This document shows, piece after piece, positions 18,200-27,374 of a DNA stretch of 64,000 bases (position 1 is its first letter; every line of letters begins with the position of its first letter). The notes under the pieces are model-generated. The model saw nothing but the letters and a program-made list of their open reading frames with translations. It was not told the DNA's origin and searched no databases. Made by a program: the position numbers and the translations under genes. Location of the stretch: positions 62 to 64,061 of the forward strand of contig JBGQFX010000014.1 in assembly GCA_041497135.1 (NCBI GenBank), read 5' to 3'. The DNA comes from Gemmatimonadota bacterium. GTDB lineage: Bacteria; Gemmatimonadota; Gemmatimonadetes; Gemmatimonadales; GWC2-71-9.

Positions 18200-19540
18200 G
18201 CCCGATTATTGAACGAGCTGTCCGACTTCCTCCGCATTCCCTCCATTTCGACGTTGCCGGCGCACGACGCGGACTGCCGCCGTGCCGCGGACTGGGTCGC
18301 GCGCGATTTGCGCCGGCTCGGGTGCTCGGACGTCCGATTCCTGGGCAGCGATACGCATCCCGTCGTATGGGGAGTCGGACCGGAGGTCCCCGGCGCACCG
18401 ACGCTGCTCTTGTACGGCCACTACGACGTGCAGCCGCCCGATCCGGTCAACGAATGGACCACACCGCCGTTCGAGCTGACCGTCCGCGATGGTCGCCTCT
18501 ATGCACGCGGCGCCGCCGACGACAAGGGGCAGGTGTTTTGTCTGCTGCGGGCCATCGAGGCGGCCGGCCGTCCGTCGGTCAACTATCGCTTCCTCATCGA
18601 AGGCGAAGAGGAATTCGGCAGCAAGACGCTGTTCGACGTGCTGCGCCGCGAGCCGGAGCGCACCAAAGTCGATGTCGCCCTCGTCGCCGACATGTCCTAC
18701 CTGGCACCCGGATGGCCCGCCGTCTACACGACGCTGCGCGGTATGTGCTACGTCGAGCTCACGGTCCGGACGGCGAAATCGGACCTGCACTCGGGGGAAT
18801 TCGGCGGCGCGGCGCCCAACGCGCATGAGGAGCTGGTCCGGCTGCTGTACCGGCTCAAGACCCCGGACGGCAGGATCCGGGTGCCGGGACTGTACGGGGC
18901 GGTGAAGCCGCCCTCCAAGGCCGAACGGGCTGCCTGGAAGAAGCTCCCGTTCCGGGAACGGGATTTCCTCGAGCGGCGCGTGCAGGCCAAAGCCCTCACC
19001 GGCTTAAAGAACCGCCCGGTCCTGGAGCGCCTGTGGGCGCTCCCCACCTTCGAAATTCACGGTATTACTGGGGGTTTCACGGGGGTAGGGGCCAAGACCG
19101 TGATCCCCGCGGAGGCGACGGCCAAGGTGAGCCTGCGGCTCGTCCCCAACCAGAAGATGCGGACGGTCGAACGCCAGCTCGCCGCCGCCGTGAAACGGCT
19201 GGCGCCCAAGTACGTGACGGCCACGGTGCGTTTCCTGCACGGCGCCGATCCGGCGAAGATTCGTATCGACCATCCTGCGTTCAAGCTGCTCGATCGCGCC
19301 TTTCACGAGGTGGTGGGGCGGGGGACCGTCCCGGCGCGCGCCGGCGGCTCGATTCCGGTGGTGCCGGCGCTGGGTGCGAACGGCGCCCCGGTCATCCTGA
19401 CCGGGATCGGACTGCCGGACGATCGCCTGCATGCCCCCGATGAAAAGCTCGATCTGAAACAGCTGTGGGATGGGATCGAGGTGTTCAAACGGTTCGGTGA
19501 ACTCCTCGGTGAGGCGAAAGACGTAAGGAGGACTTCGTAA
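18191..19540 (+). CDS. M20 family dipeptidase/peptidase
   Basis: LLLYGHYDVQP, ARGAADDKGQ and IEGEEEFGS are the metal-binding motifs of M20/ArgE/DapE-type enzymes. ATG at 18191 preferred over TTG at 18182. Confidence 0.85.
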   Translation: MDHARLLNELSDFLRIPSISTLPAHDADCRRAADWVARDLRRLGCSDVRFLGSDTHPVVWGVGPEVPGAPTLLLYGHYDVQPPDPVNEWTTPPFELTVRDGRLYARGAADDKGQVFCLLRAIEAAGRPSVNYRFLIEGEEEFGSKTLFDVLRREPERTKVDVALVADMSYLAPGWPAVYTTLRGMCYVELTVRTAKSDLHSGEFGGAAPNAHEELVRLLYRLKTPDGRIRVPGLYGAVKPPSKAERAAWKKLPFRERDFLERRVQAKALTGLKNRPVLERLWALPTFEIHGITGGFTGVGAKTVIPAEATAKVSLRLVPNQKMRTVERQLAAAVKRLAPKYVTATVRFLHGADPAKIRIDHPAFKLLDRAFHEVVGRGTVPARAGGSIPVVPALGANGAPVILTGIGLPDDRLHAPDEKLDLKQLWDGIEVFKRFGELLGEAKDVRRTS

Positions 19541-19615
19541 GGGGGAACGACGTAAGGAGAAGTCGTTTACGCTCTTATCCTTACGATCCTCCCCCTCATA
19601 CCGTTCTCCTGACGT
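19522..19615. repeat. ~94-bp imperfect palindrome built from three CGTAAGGRG(R) units per arm
   Basis: Plus-strand units at 19522, 19536 and 19551. Inverted partners at 19577-19586, 19591-19601 and 19606-19615. All three pairs are symmetric about position ~19568.5. The M20 stop TAA (19538-19540) lies inside the middle unit. Confidence 0.7.
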
Positions 19616-19675
19616 CTCTCACTAGTGACACAGTGCACATCTGTTGATCCTGAGCGTCTTTCATATTGAACCCCT

Positions 19676-20251
19676 ATGCACCGCCCCCTGTACTTCGCCG
19701 GTATCGGATACCTGGCCGTCTGTGTCGCCGTGGTGGCCCGGCACGAGCGCTCGCCGAAGCCGGCTCCGCCACCTCCACCGGCGGCCATGCTACGGTTTGA
19801 CGGCAGCGCCGAGCAGTGGTACGCGGCGGTCAAACCGTTCTGCAATGCGGTGGAGGTCGTCGTCTCGCAGCGCCAGCACCCGGCACCCCAGACCGTCGAG
19901 GGACAGGGCTACAGCGCCGCGTGTTTTGCACTCGGCGGCCGGATCGATTCGGCGCGAGCGGTGATCGCACGGCTGGAACCCGAGGATCGCTATCGAGCGG
20001 CCGGGATCGTGTTCGACGTCGGGCACCCGGTGGCCGATGCCGGGGACGATCGTTCCGCGGGGCCCCTCATGGAGCTGGTGCTCGAGTACTGGCCCAATCA
20101 GTACATGGCGCTCTATCACGCGGGGATGTCCGAGTACGCCCTGGGGCAGCTCTCCCTGGCGCGCTCCCACCTCGAATCGTTCCTCAAGAACTACTCCCAG
20201 GATGACGGCTGGACCCGGAACGCGCGCGAGGTGCTCGCGCGCCTCCGGTAA
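19676..20251 (+). CDS. hypothetical membrane-anchored protein with TPR-like C-terminus
   Basis: 191 aa. One N-terminal TM (LYFAGIGYLAVCVAVVA), a Pro-rich linker and a helical domain. The kinase gene follows 14 nt downstream. Confidence 0.5.
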   Translation: MHRPLYFAGIGYLAVCVAVVARHERSPKPAPPPPPAAMLRFDGSAEQWYAAVKPFCNAVEVVVSQRQHPAPQTVEGQGYSAACFALGGRIDSARAVIARLEPEDRYRAAGIVFDVGHPVADAGDDRSAGPLMELVLEYWPNQYMALYHAGMSEYALGQLSLARSHLESFLKNYSQDDGWTRNAREVLARLR

Positions 20252-20265
20252 CCCGCGCCGGTCTG

Positions 20266-22071
20266 ATGGCCGAGTCGACCTATCTCACCCCTGGGACGGT
20301 GCTCCAGGATCGCTACGAAATTGCCGGGGAGATCGGGCGGGGCGGGTACTCGGTCGTCTACCGCGCGCGCGATCGGCGCGTCAATGCCGACGTGGCCATC
20401 AAGCTGCTCGTGCCGCCACCCGCCGCCGCGCGGGTGGCACATGAGCGCCTCCGGCGCGAAGTCCAGGCGGTGCGGCAGCTCAGTCATGCGAATATCGCCA
20501 TTGTGTTCGACGTCGCCGATGACGGGCCATGGAGTTTCGTGGTCATGGAGTACATCGACGGCCCGGATCTCGCCGTGCGCGTTCGCGACCGCGGGCCGCT
20601 CGACCCGGAGGCGGTGGCGCGGATCGGCCGGGACGTGGCCGCAGCCCTCGAGGCCGCGCATCGGCGCGGCATCTTGCACCGCGACGTCAAGCCGCAGAAC
20701 ATCTTGCTCGCTCCCGATGGGCGCGCCCGCCTGACCGATTTCGGCTCTGCGCGGCTGTCGGGGCAGGTGACGCTCACGCAGACGGGCGGAATGGTCGGTA
20801 CGCTGGACTATGCCGCGCCGGAGGTCCTGGCCGGAGCGCGCGGCGATGCCCGCGCCGAAGCGTACGCGTTGGGGTTGACGCTGTATTTCGCACTGACCGG
20901 CACGCTGCCGCCGCGGAGCGCTCCGCGCGCCGGTCCCGCGTCCCTCGTGGGCGGCCACCACCCGCGCGGCAGTCGTCCCGAGGTGCCCGCCTGGCTCGAC
21001 GCGGCGGTGGCGCGGGCCACGGCGGCGGATCCCCACGATCGCTTTCCGTCCATGGCGCTACTTTCGGCTGCGCTCGCTCCGGACGCCGAGCAGGAGATGG
21101 CGCCGCCGCCCAGGTTCACGTGTGTGATCTGCCGGGCCTCGGACCCGTTCGGTCTCGGGGTCTGCCCGCGCTGCGCGCGAAGGGCCGGCGGGACGGACGA
21201 TGTCCTCGTGTTCGTCGAACGTACGTCGGACGGGACACCGCGCCGCGCGATGCTCGAAACCCTGGAAGCGCGGATGACCGGCGCGTCCCGCGCCGGTCAT
21301 CATTCAGCGGCGGAGGGTCAGCGACCGCTGTTGCGGATCCCGGCAGCGGCCGGAGGACGGGTCGTCGAATTGCTTGCGGAGCAGGGGATCCCGGCGCGGA
21401 CCGAATCGCTCTCGACCATGTGGCGGACCGATGTCCCGACACCCATGGTCGCGCTGGCGGGCGTCGTCACCGCGGGTGGTCTGGTGGCCGGTGTGCTGGC
21501 GGCGGCCCCGGTGCTGTTTGTCACCACGCCGATCGTCGCGATGGGCCTGGTGAGCGCCGCGACCGTGGGGCGACGGACGCCGGTGTGGAATCCGGCACCG
21601 GCCGGCCGCAGTACGCTGCCACCAGAAGCGGAGCGGGAGGCCGTGGGCGCGTTGGCGGAGCTTCCCACTGGCGCGGCGCGCGCGATCTTGATCGACCTCC
21701 TGCGGCGGGCAGCGTCGGCGCCGGTCGGGGCGGAGCTCGTCGGGGCGCTGGTCGTGGCCGCCTGCGCGGCGGCGCGTGAGCTCGCCGCGCTCGAGCGGCA
21801 CCTCGATGCGTTCGACGCCCAATCGGACCGGCTCACCGCCACTCCCACGGGGCTCGATGCGCTGGCGCGTTGCGAGCAGGGCCGGGATGCTCTGGTGCAG
21901 CGGTTGCTTGAAGCGACCGCCACCGTGAGCCGGCTATCGGGGGATGCGGCGCTCCGGTCGGGCGCGCCGGAATCGGCGCTCGCCGCCGCCGCGCGCGATC
22001 TCGAAACGGAGGGGAGGGTTCAGGCCGAAGCGGCGCGAGAAGTGGATGCGCTGCTTACGCCTTCTTGCTGA
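20266..22071 (+). CDS. serine/threonine protein kinase with zinc-ribbon, TM segments and helical C-terminal domain
   Basis: Hanks kinase motifs GRGGYSVVY, AIK, HRDVKPQNILL, DFG, APE. Then CVICR..CPRCAR (CxxC..CxxC), two hydrophobic segments (VALAGVVTAGGLVAGVLAAAPVLFV..) and an Ala/Leu-rich helical tail. Confidence 0.9.
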   Translation: MAESTYLTPGTVLQDRYEIAGEIGRGGYSVVYRARDRRVNADVAIKLLVPPPAAARVAHERLRREVQAVRQLSHANIAIVFDVADDGPWSFVVMEYIDGPDLAVRVRDRGPLDPEAVARIGRDVAAALEAAHRRGILHRDVKPQNILLAPDGRARLTDFGSARLSGQVTLTQTGGMVGTLDYAAPEVLAGARGDARAEAYALGLTLYFALTGTLPPRSAPRAGPASLVGGHHPRGSRPEVPAWLDAAVARATAADPHDRFPSMALLSAALAPDAEQEMAPPPRFTCVICRASDPFGLGVCPRCARRAGGTDDVLVFVERTSDGTPRRAMLETLEARMTGASRAGHHSAAEGQRPLLRIPAAAGGRVVELLAEQGIPARTESLSTMWRTDVPTPMVALAGVVTAGGLVAGVLAAAPVLFVTTPIVAMGLVSAATVGRRTPVWNPAPAGRSTLPPEAEREAVGALAELPTGAARAILIDLLRRAASAPVGAELVGALVVAACAAARELAALERHLDAFDAQSDRLTATPTGLDALARCEQGRDALVQRLLEATATVSRLSGDAALRSGAPESALAAAARDLETEGRVQAEAAREVDALLTPSC

Positions 22072-22669
22072 GGTTTCTGATCCGGTTGATGTCGTGCTGG
22101 GTCAGCCCCCGGCCACCATAGCGCTCCTCGGTACAGGGGTCCCCGTGCATGTGGTACCCGTTCTGTTCCCAGAATCCGGGCACGTCCTGGTCGAGCAGCG
22201 TCAGCCCACGCACCCATTTAGCGCTCTTCCACAGGTAGAGATGCGGCACCAGCAGCCGCGCCGGACCGCCATGCTCCGGCGTGAGCCACTCCCCGTCGTG
22301 CTTCAGGGCGAGGAGGTTGTCGGGCCGGTCGAGGTCAGTGAGGGGCAGATTGGTCGTGAATTCCTGCTCGGCGGACACCAAGGCGAAGCGCGCTTCCGGC
22401 TTCACCCCCGCGCGCTCCAGGAGCAGCTGCAGCGGTACGCCTTCGAAGCTGTTGTCGAACCGGCTCCAGGTGGTCACGCAGTGGATGTCGCACTGCACCG
22501 TCTTCTGCGGAAGCGCGAGCAATTCATCCCAGTTGAGCGTGAACGGGTGCTCCACGAACCCCGAGATCTCGAAGGTCCACGTCTTGAGGTCCACGCTCGG
22601 CACGAGGCCATAGTGGAGGACAGGCCACTTGGTGGTCAGCACCTGGCCTGGGGGCAAACGGTCGTTCAC
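22055..22669 (-). CDS. sulfite-oxidase-like molybdopterin oxidoreductase (short YuiH-type)
   Basis: 204 aa. LPPGQ ... WTFEISG ... FTLNWDELLALP ... CDIHCVTTWSRFDNSFEGV ... PEHGGPARLLVP.LY.WKSAKW are oxidoreductase molybdopterin-binding domain hallmarks. The GTG start overlaps the lipB stop (GTGA). Confidence 0.75.
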   Translation of the reverse strand: MNDRLPPGQVLTTKWPVLHYGLVPSVDLKTWTFEISGFVEHPFTLNWDELLALPQKTVQCDIHCVTTWSRFDNSFEGVPLQLLLERAGVKPEARFALVSAEQEFTTNLPLTDLDRPDNLLALKHDGEWLTPEHGGPARLLVPHLYLWKSAKWVRGLTLLDQDVPGFWEQNGYHMHGDPCTEERYGGRGLTQHDINRIRNLSKKA

Positions 22670-23331
22670 GGGTTCTGGGCCGCGGCCATGGACGCGGTGA
22701 CGTCGAACGCCGATTCGAAACCCTCAATGACGGCGGCCACTGTTTGATCCCATAGCGACCCTTCCCCCTTCCCGCGTCCGGCTTCCCGTTCCACCGAGGT
22801 CATCTCGACCCCTGCGATGCCGCACGGCACGATGCGGTCGAACGCCTGGAGGTCGGTCGAGACGTTGAGCGCGAACCCGTGCCAGGTCACCCACTGTTTC
22901 ACGTGCACCCCGATGCTCGCGATCTTGCGCCCACCGGTCCACACGCCGGTGAACCCGGCATGACGTTGTGCGCCGATGCCGAGCGTGGCCAACGCGTCGA
23001 TCAAGGCCTGCTCCAGTGTGCGCAGGTACCAATGCAGGTCTTGACGGAAGCCGGTGAGATTCAGAATCGGATATCCCACCAGCTGGCCCGGACCGTGGTA
23101 GGTGACGTCGCCGCCGCGCTCCACTTCGAATACGTCGAGGCCGTCCGATCGCAATAGGTGAGCTGCCTGCGACGTGCGTCCCATCGTCACCACGGGCGGG
23201 TGCTCGAGCAGCAGCAGCCGATCCTGGCTCAATCGGCCGGCGATCCGGTCCAGGGCGAGGCGGCGCTGCAGCTCGAGCGCCTCCCCGTAGGGCACGCGAC
23301 CCAGCCACACGACGTCCAGCACCCGGCTCAT
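22666..23331 (-). CDS. lipB: lipoyl(octanoyl) transferase
   Basis: Start at ATG 23331 (MSRVLDVVWLGRVPYGEALELQ). RGGDVTYHGPGQLVGYP and GRKIASIGV (catalytic Lys region) are LipB motifs. Confidence 0.9.
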   Translation of the reverse strand: MSRVLDVVWLGRVPYGEALELQRRLALDRIAGRLSQDRLLLLEHPPVVTMGRTSQAAHLLRSDGLDVFEVERGGDVTYHGPGQLVGYPILNLTGFRQDLHWYLRTLEQALIDALATLGIGAQRHAGFTGVWTGGRKIASIGVHVKQWVTWHGFALNVSTDLQAFDRIVPCGIAGVEMTSVEREAGRGKGEGSLWDQTVAAVIEGFESAFDVTASMAAAQNP

Positions 23332-23708
23332 TGCCCCGCTCCGGATACCGACCAGCGGCTGCCCGACACGCCAAGAGCCAGGCACGCCACGAAGAGCAGG
23401 ATCAGGCCGGAGAATTGCAGGAAATGCCAGATGGGGGCGGCGAGGATGGCGAGGAACAGGGCGCCGAACACCGACAGCGTACTGATCACGCCGCGTTGCC
23501 ACGGACTCTCGAGCGGCATGCTCCGGCGCCAGCCGAAAAAGGCTCCGACCACGATCGCTACGAGGAGCGCCCAGGTGGGGTCGATGGCACTCACGCTCTC
23601 GCCGTAGCGTCCGACTTCCATTCGTTGCAGCAGTCTGATCAGGATCAGCACGAGCGCAACGGCGGCGCCGCCCAGTCCCACGCCGGTGGCCAGGGCGCCG
23701 AGGCCCAC
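23328..23708 (-). CDS. small integral membrane protein, unknown function
   Basis: 126 aa with four hydrophobic helices. ATGA overlap with lipB; sits between lpd and lipB. Confidence 0.5.
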   Translation of the reverse strand: MGLGALATGVGLGGAAVALVLILIRLLQRMEVGRYGESVSAIDPTWALLVAIVVGAFFGWRRSMPLESPWQRGVISTLSVFGALFLAILAAPIWHFLQFSGLILLFVACLALGVSGSRWSVSGAGQ

Positions 23709-23734
23709 CGCCAGAGGATCTTTTTGCGCCTCGC

Positions 23735-25126
23735 TCAGATATGAATCACCCGGCCGAGCGAGTCGAGCGCGGCCTCGGAGATGGCCTCGGACATCGTCGG
23801 GTGCGCGTGGATCGCCAGCTCGACTTCCTCCACCGTGTACTCGTTTTCTCGCGCGACCGTAAGCTCATGGATCATCTCGGAGGCGTGGCTGCCCACGATG
23901 TGGGCGCCCAGAATCTCGCCGTACTTCTTGTCGCGCAGGATCTTCACGAAGCCTTCGGTCTCACCGGTACCACGCGCCCGGCCATTGGCGGAGAAGGGGA
24001 ACTTGCCGGCGATGTAGTCGAGCTTCTTCTCCTTGCACTGGTCCTCGGTCAGGCCGATGCTCGCGACTTCCGGGTGGCAGTACGTAACGCTCGGGACGTT
24101 ATCGTACCGGATCGCGTGTGGCTTCTGCCCGGCGAGTGTTTCCGCCACGACGATGCCCTCCCGGCTGCCCTTGTGCGCCAACATGGGCGGGCCGGCGACA
24201 TCGCCAATGGCGTAATAGCCCGGCGCCGTGGTTTGGAGACTCGCGTCGACCTTGATGAAGCCGCGCGGATCGAGTTGGACGCCGCACTCCTTGAGCCCGA
24301 TGTCTTCGGTGTTCACGGCCCGACCCGCGGCCATCAGCACTGCAGCCGCCTCCACTTGTTGGGATGCGCCGCTGGCTTCCACGTCCAGCGTCACCTTGTC
24401 CTTGGCGACCGTCGCCTTGGTGACCTTGGCGCCGGCGATGACCGTAATGCCCCGTTTGCGATAACTCTTGGCGAGCTCGGCCGACGCGTCCGCGTCCTCG
24501 ATCGGCAGGATGCGCGGCAGCGCCTCGATGAGGGTGACGGGGACGCCGAACGCATTGAAGATGTCGGCGAACTCCATGCCCACGGCCCCGGCCCCGATGA
24601 TGGCGAGCGACGCCGGAACCTTCTCCATCAGCAGCGCCTCGTCCGACGAGATCACCGTGGTCTTGTTGATCTCGAGCCCGATCTGCGGGATGCCCTTGAC
24701 CCGCGAGCCGGTCGCGATGACCACGGCCTTTTTCGCCTCGAGTACGTCGTTCCCGACTTTCACCTTCCTGCCGGGCTGCAGCACCCCGCTGCCCTTGAAT
24801 ACGGCGATCTTGTGCTTCTTCATCAGGAAGTCGACGCCGCGGGAGTTCTGGTCGGCGACCTTGCGGCTGCGCTGCATCGCCGTTCCGTAGCTGGTTTTGA
24901 CGCTCCCCGCCTCGACGCCGAACTCCGCGGACGTCTTGAGCAGGTGGACGATGTAGGCCGAGTGGAGCAGCGCCTTGGTGGGGATGCAGCCGATGTTGAC
25001 GCACACGCCGCCGAGCTTCTCGCGCTCCACGACGGCGGTCGCGAGTCCCAGCTGGGCGGCGCGGATGGCGCACACGTAGCCGGCAGGCCCACCACCGAGC
25101 ACGACGACGTCGAATTGATTCGCCAC
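23735..25126 (-). CDS. lpd: dihydrolipoyl dehydrogenase (E3)
   Basis: VVLGGGPAGY FAD motif, redox-active disulfide GGVCVNIGCIPTK, second Rossmann motif IIGAGAVGMEF, and C-terminal HAHPTMSE interface motif. Confidence 0.95.
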   Translation of the reverse strand: MANQFDVVVLGGGPAGYVCAIRAAQLGLATAVVEREKLGGVCVNIGCIPTKALLHSAYIVHLLKTSAEFGVEAGSVKTSYGTAMQRSRKVADQNSRGVDFLMKKHKIAVFKGSGVLQPGRKVKVGNDVLEAKKAVVIATGSRVKGIPQIGLEINKTTVISSDEALLMEKVPASLAIIGAGAVGMEFADIFNAFGVPVTLIEALPRILPIEDADASAELAKSYRKRGITVIAGAKVTKATVAKDKVTLDVEASGASQQVEAAAVLMAAGRAVNTEDIGLKECGVQLDPRGFIKVDASLQTTAPGYYAIGDVAGPPMLAHKGSREGIVVAETLAGQKPHAIRYDNVPSVTYCHPEVASIGLTEDQCKEKKLDYIAGKFPFSANGRARGTGETEGFVKILRDKKYGEILGAHIVGSHASEMIHELTVARENEYTVEEVELAIHAHPTMSEAISEAALDSLGRVIHI

Positions 25127-25151
25127 GAATGATCCTCCGTTGGGGCTCGGC

Positions 25152-26387
25152 TTAGAGTACCATGGCCAGCGGATTCTCCAGCATCTGCTTCAAGGTCTGC
25201 ATGAACGCGGCTCCCGTCGCCCCGTCGATCACGCGGTGATCGCAGCTCATGGTGAGCCGCAGCCGGCGCCGCACCGTTACCTGGCCGTCCTGGACGACGG
25301 GCTTCGGCACGATCGAGCCCACCGCCACGATGCCCGCCTCGGGCGGGTTGATCACGGCGGTGAACTGGTCGATGTCGAACATGCCCAGATTCGAGACCGA
25401 GAACGTGGACCCGGTGTATTCCTCGGGCTTGAGCTTCCGCTCGCGCGCCCGCTGCGCCAATGCCCGCGCTTCTGAGCCGATCGCCGACAGTGGCTTCCGG
25501 TCGGCATTCCGGATCACGGGGGTGATCAAGCCGTCCTCGATCGCCACCGCCATGCCGAGGTGGACTTCATTCCAGTAGCGGATGTGATCGTCCTGCCACC
25601 AGGCGTTGCACGCGCGGTGCTTGACCAGCGCCAGCGCCACGCCCTTCAGGATGATGTCGTTGAAGCCGATCTTTCCGGTCTCGCCGAGCTGGCGGTTCAA
25701 GGCCTCGCGAGCCTCGGCCGCTCGCTCCATGTCGACCTCGGACGTGAGGAAGAAATGCGGCACCGGACCCAGCGAAGCCCCCAACCGCTTGGCGATGGTC
25801 TTGCGGATCTGGGAGAGGGGGACGTCCTCGTAGGCAGCGCCGCTCGGTGCTGGGACGGGGGACCCTAAAGGACTCGGGCGGAGAGCGGGGAGTGGTGCCG
25901 TCTCCACATCACGAGCCACTACCCGACCGCCGGGCCCCGAGCCACGGAGGAGCTTGAGATCGACACCGGCTTCCTTGGCGATGCGCTTTGCGAGTGGCGA
26001 CGCCCTGACCCGTGTCGCATCGGTCGCCACGACCGCGACCGCCGGCAGAGCCGGAGACGCCGGGGCAGGTGCGACCACGACTGCGACTGCTCCCCGCCCG
26101 TGTCCTTTAGGGTCGCCGCTCTCCGCGGGCGGCGCCGCGACGGTTTCCCCCGGCGCACCGACGTACGCTACCACATCGCCCACCGGCACTGTCGCACCTT
26201 CAGCGACCAGTTGCTGCAGCAGCTGTCCGTCGGCCCGGGCCACGAGCTCCATCACAGCCTTGTCGGTCTCGACCTCGGCCAGCGTGTCCCCCGTCTTCAC
26301 CGCCTCGCCCACCGCCTTGGTCCACTTGACCAGGCGGCCTTCCTCCATCGTGGGCGAAAGCGCTTCCATGACGACTTTGGTGGGCAT
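25152..26387 (-). CDS. dihydrolipoyllysine-residue acetyltransferase (E2) of a 2-oxoacid dehydrogenase complex
   Basis: Start at MPTKVVMEALSPTMEEG (26387). Single lipoyl domain with ETDKAVME, Ala/Pro linker, subunit-binding domain (SPLAKRIAKEAGVDL) and catalytic MSCDHRVIDG motif. Confidence 0.9.
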   Translation of the reverse strand: MPTKVVMEALSPTMEEGRLVKWTKAVGEAVKTGDTLAEVETDKAVMELVARADGQLLQQLVAEGATVPVGDVVAYVGAPGETVAAPPAESGDPKGHGRGAVAVVVAPAPASPALPAVAVVATDATRVRASPLAKRIAKEAGVDLKLLRGSGPGGRVVARDVETAPLPALRPSPLGSPVPAPSGAAYEDVPLSQIRKTIAKRLGASLGPVPHFFLTSEVDMERAAEAREALNRQLGETGKIGFNDIILKGVALALVKHRACNAWWQDDHIRYWNEVHLGMAVAIEDGLITPVIRNADRKPLSAIGSEARALAQRARERKLKPEEYTGSTFSVSNLGMFDIDQFTAVINPPEAGIVAVGSIVPKPVVQDGQVTVRRRLRLTMSCDHRVIDGATGAAFMQTLKQMLENPLAMVL

Positions 26388-26389
26388 GG

Positions 26390-27370
26390 TCAGTCGAGGT
26401 ACAGCACGCGGCGCGCGGCCGCGACGACTTTCTCGGGAGACGGCTTGGCCAGACGCTCGAGCTGCTTGTTGTACGGCATTGGCACGTCGGCCTGGGTGAC
26501 GCGCAGCACCGGTGCGTCCAGCTGGTCGAACGCGTCGCGCTGGATGATGTCGACCACCTGGGCGCCCACGCCGCAATGCGGCCAGCCCTCTTCCACGACC
26601 ACGGCCCGATGCGTCTTCGCGACCGACGCCAGGATCGCCGGCTCGTCCATCGGCCGCAGGGAGCGCAGATCGACGACCTCGGCCGAGACGTTCTGGCTGG
26701 CGAGCTGTTCCGCGGCCTTCAGGGCGACCGTCACGGTCTTGGAATGGCAGATCAGCGTCACGTCGGACCCAGCCCGCTTCACGTCCGCCTGTCCGATGGG
26801 CACCAGGAGCTCACCCTCGGGAACGTCTCCCTTGGTGTTGTAGAGCATTTCGCCTTCCAGCACCATGACGGGGTTGTTGTCCCGGATCGCCGACTTGAGC
26901 AACCCCTTGGCGTCGGCGGGGGTGGCTGGCGCCACCACTTTCAACCCGGGGATGTGCGCGAGCCACGATTCCCACGCCTGCGAATGTTGCGAGGAAAGCT
27001 GCAGCGCGGCGCCATTGGGTCCCCGGAATACAATCGGCATCCGGATCTGGCCGCCCGACATGTACAGCATCTTCGCGGCCGAGTTGACGATCTGGTCCAG
27101 CGCCAGCACGGCGAAGTTCCAGGTCATGAACTCGATCACTGGGCGCAAGCCTCCCATGGCGGCCCCGACGCCGACGCCGGCAAAGCCGAGCTCCGCAATC
27201 GGGGTATCTACCACGCGCTGCGCGCCGAACTCCTCCAGCAATCCCCGGCTCACCTTGTAGGCGCCCTGATAGAGCCCGACCTCCTCGCCCATCAGGAACA
27301 CCGTATCGTCACGCTGCATCTCTTCCCGCAGCGCCTGGTTCAATGCATCGCGATAGGTGATTGTGGGCAT
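26390..27370 (-). CDS. pdhB: pyruvate dehydrogenase E1 component subunit beta
   Basis: Start at MPTITYRDALNQALREEM (27370). Transketolase-like pyrimidine-binding and C-terminal domains (EEVGLYQGAYKVS.GL, DTPIAE.GFAG). Confidence 0.9.
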   Translation of the reverse strand: MPTITYRDALNQALREEMQRDDTVFLMGEEVGLYQGAYKVSRGLLEEFGAQRVVDTPIAELGFAGVGVGAAMGGLRPVIEFMTWNFAVLALDQIVNSAAKMLYMSGGQIRMPIVFRGPNGAALQLSSQHSQAWESWLAHIPGLKVVAPATPADAKGLLKSAIRDNNPVMVLEGEMLYNTKGDVPEGELLVPIGQADVKRAGSDVTLICHSKTVTVALKAAEQLASQNVSAEVVDLRSLRPMDEPAILASVAKTHRAVVVEEGWPHCGVGAQVVDIIQRDAFDQLDAPVLRVTQADVPMPYNKQLERLAKPSPEKVVAAARRVLYLD

Positions 27371-27374
27371 CGGA

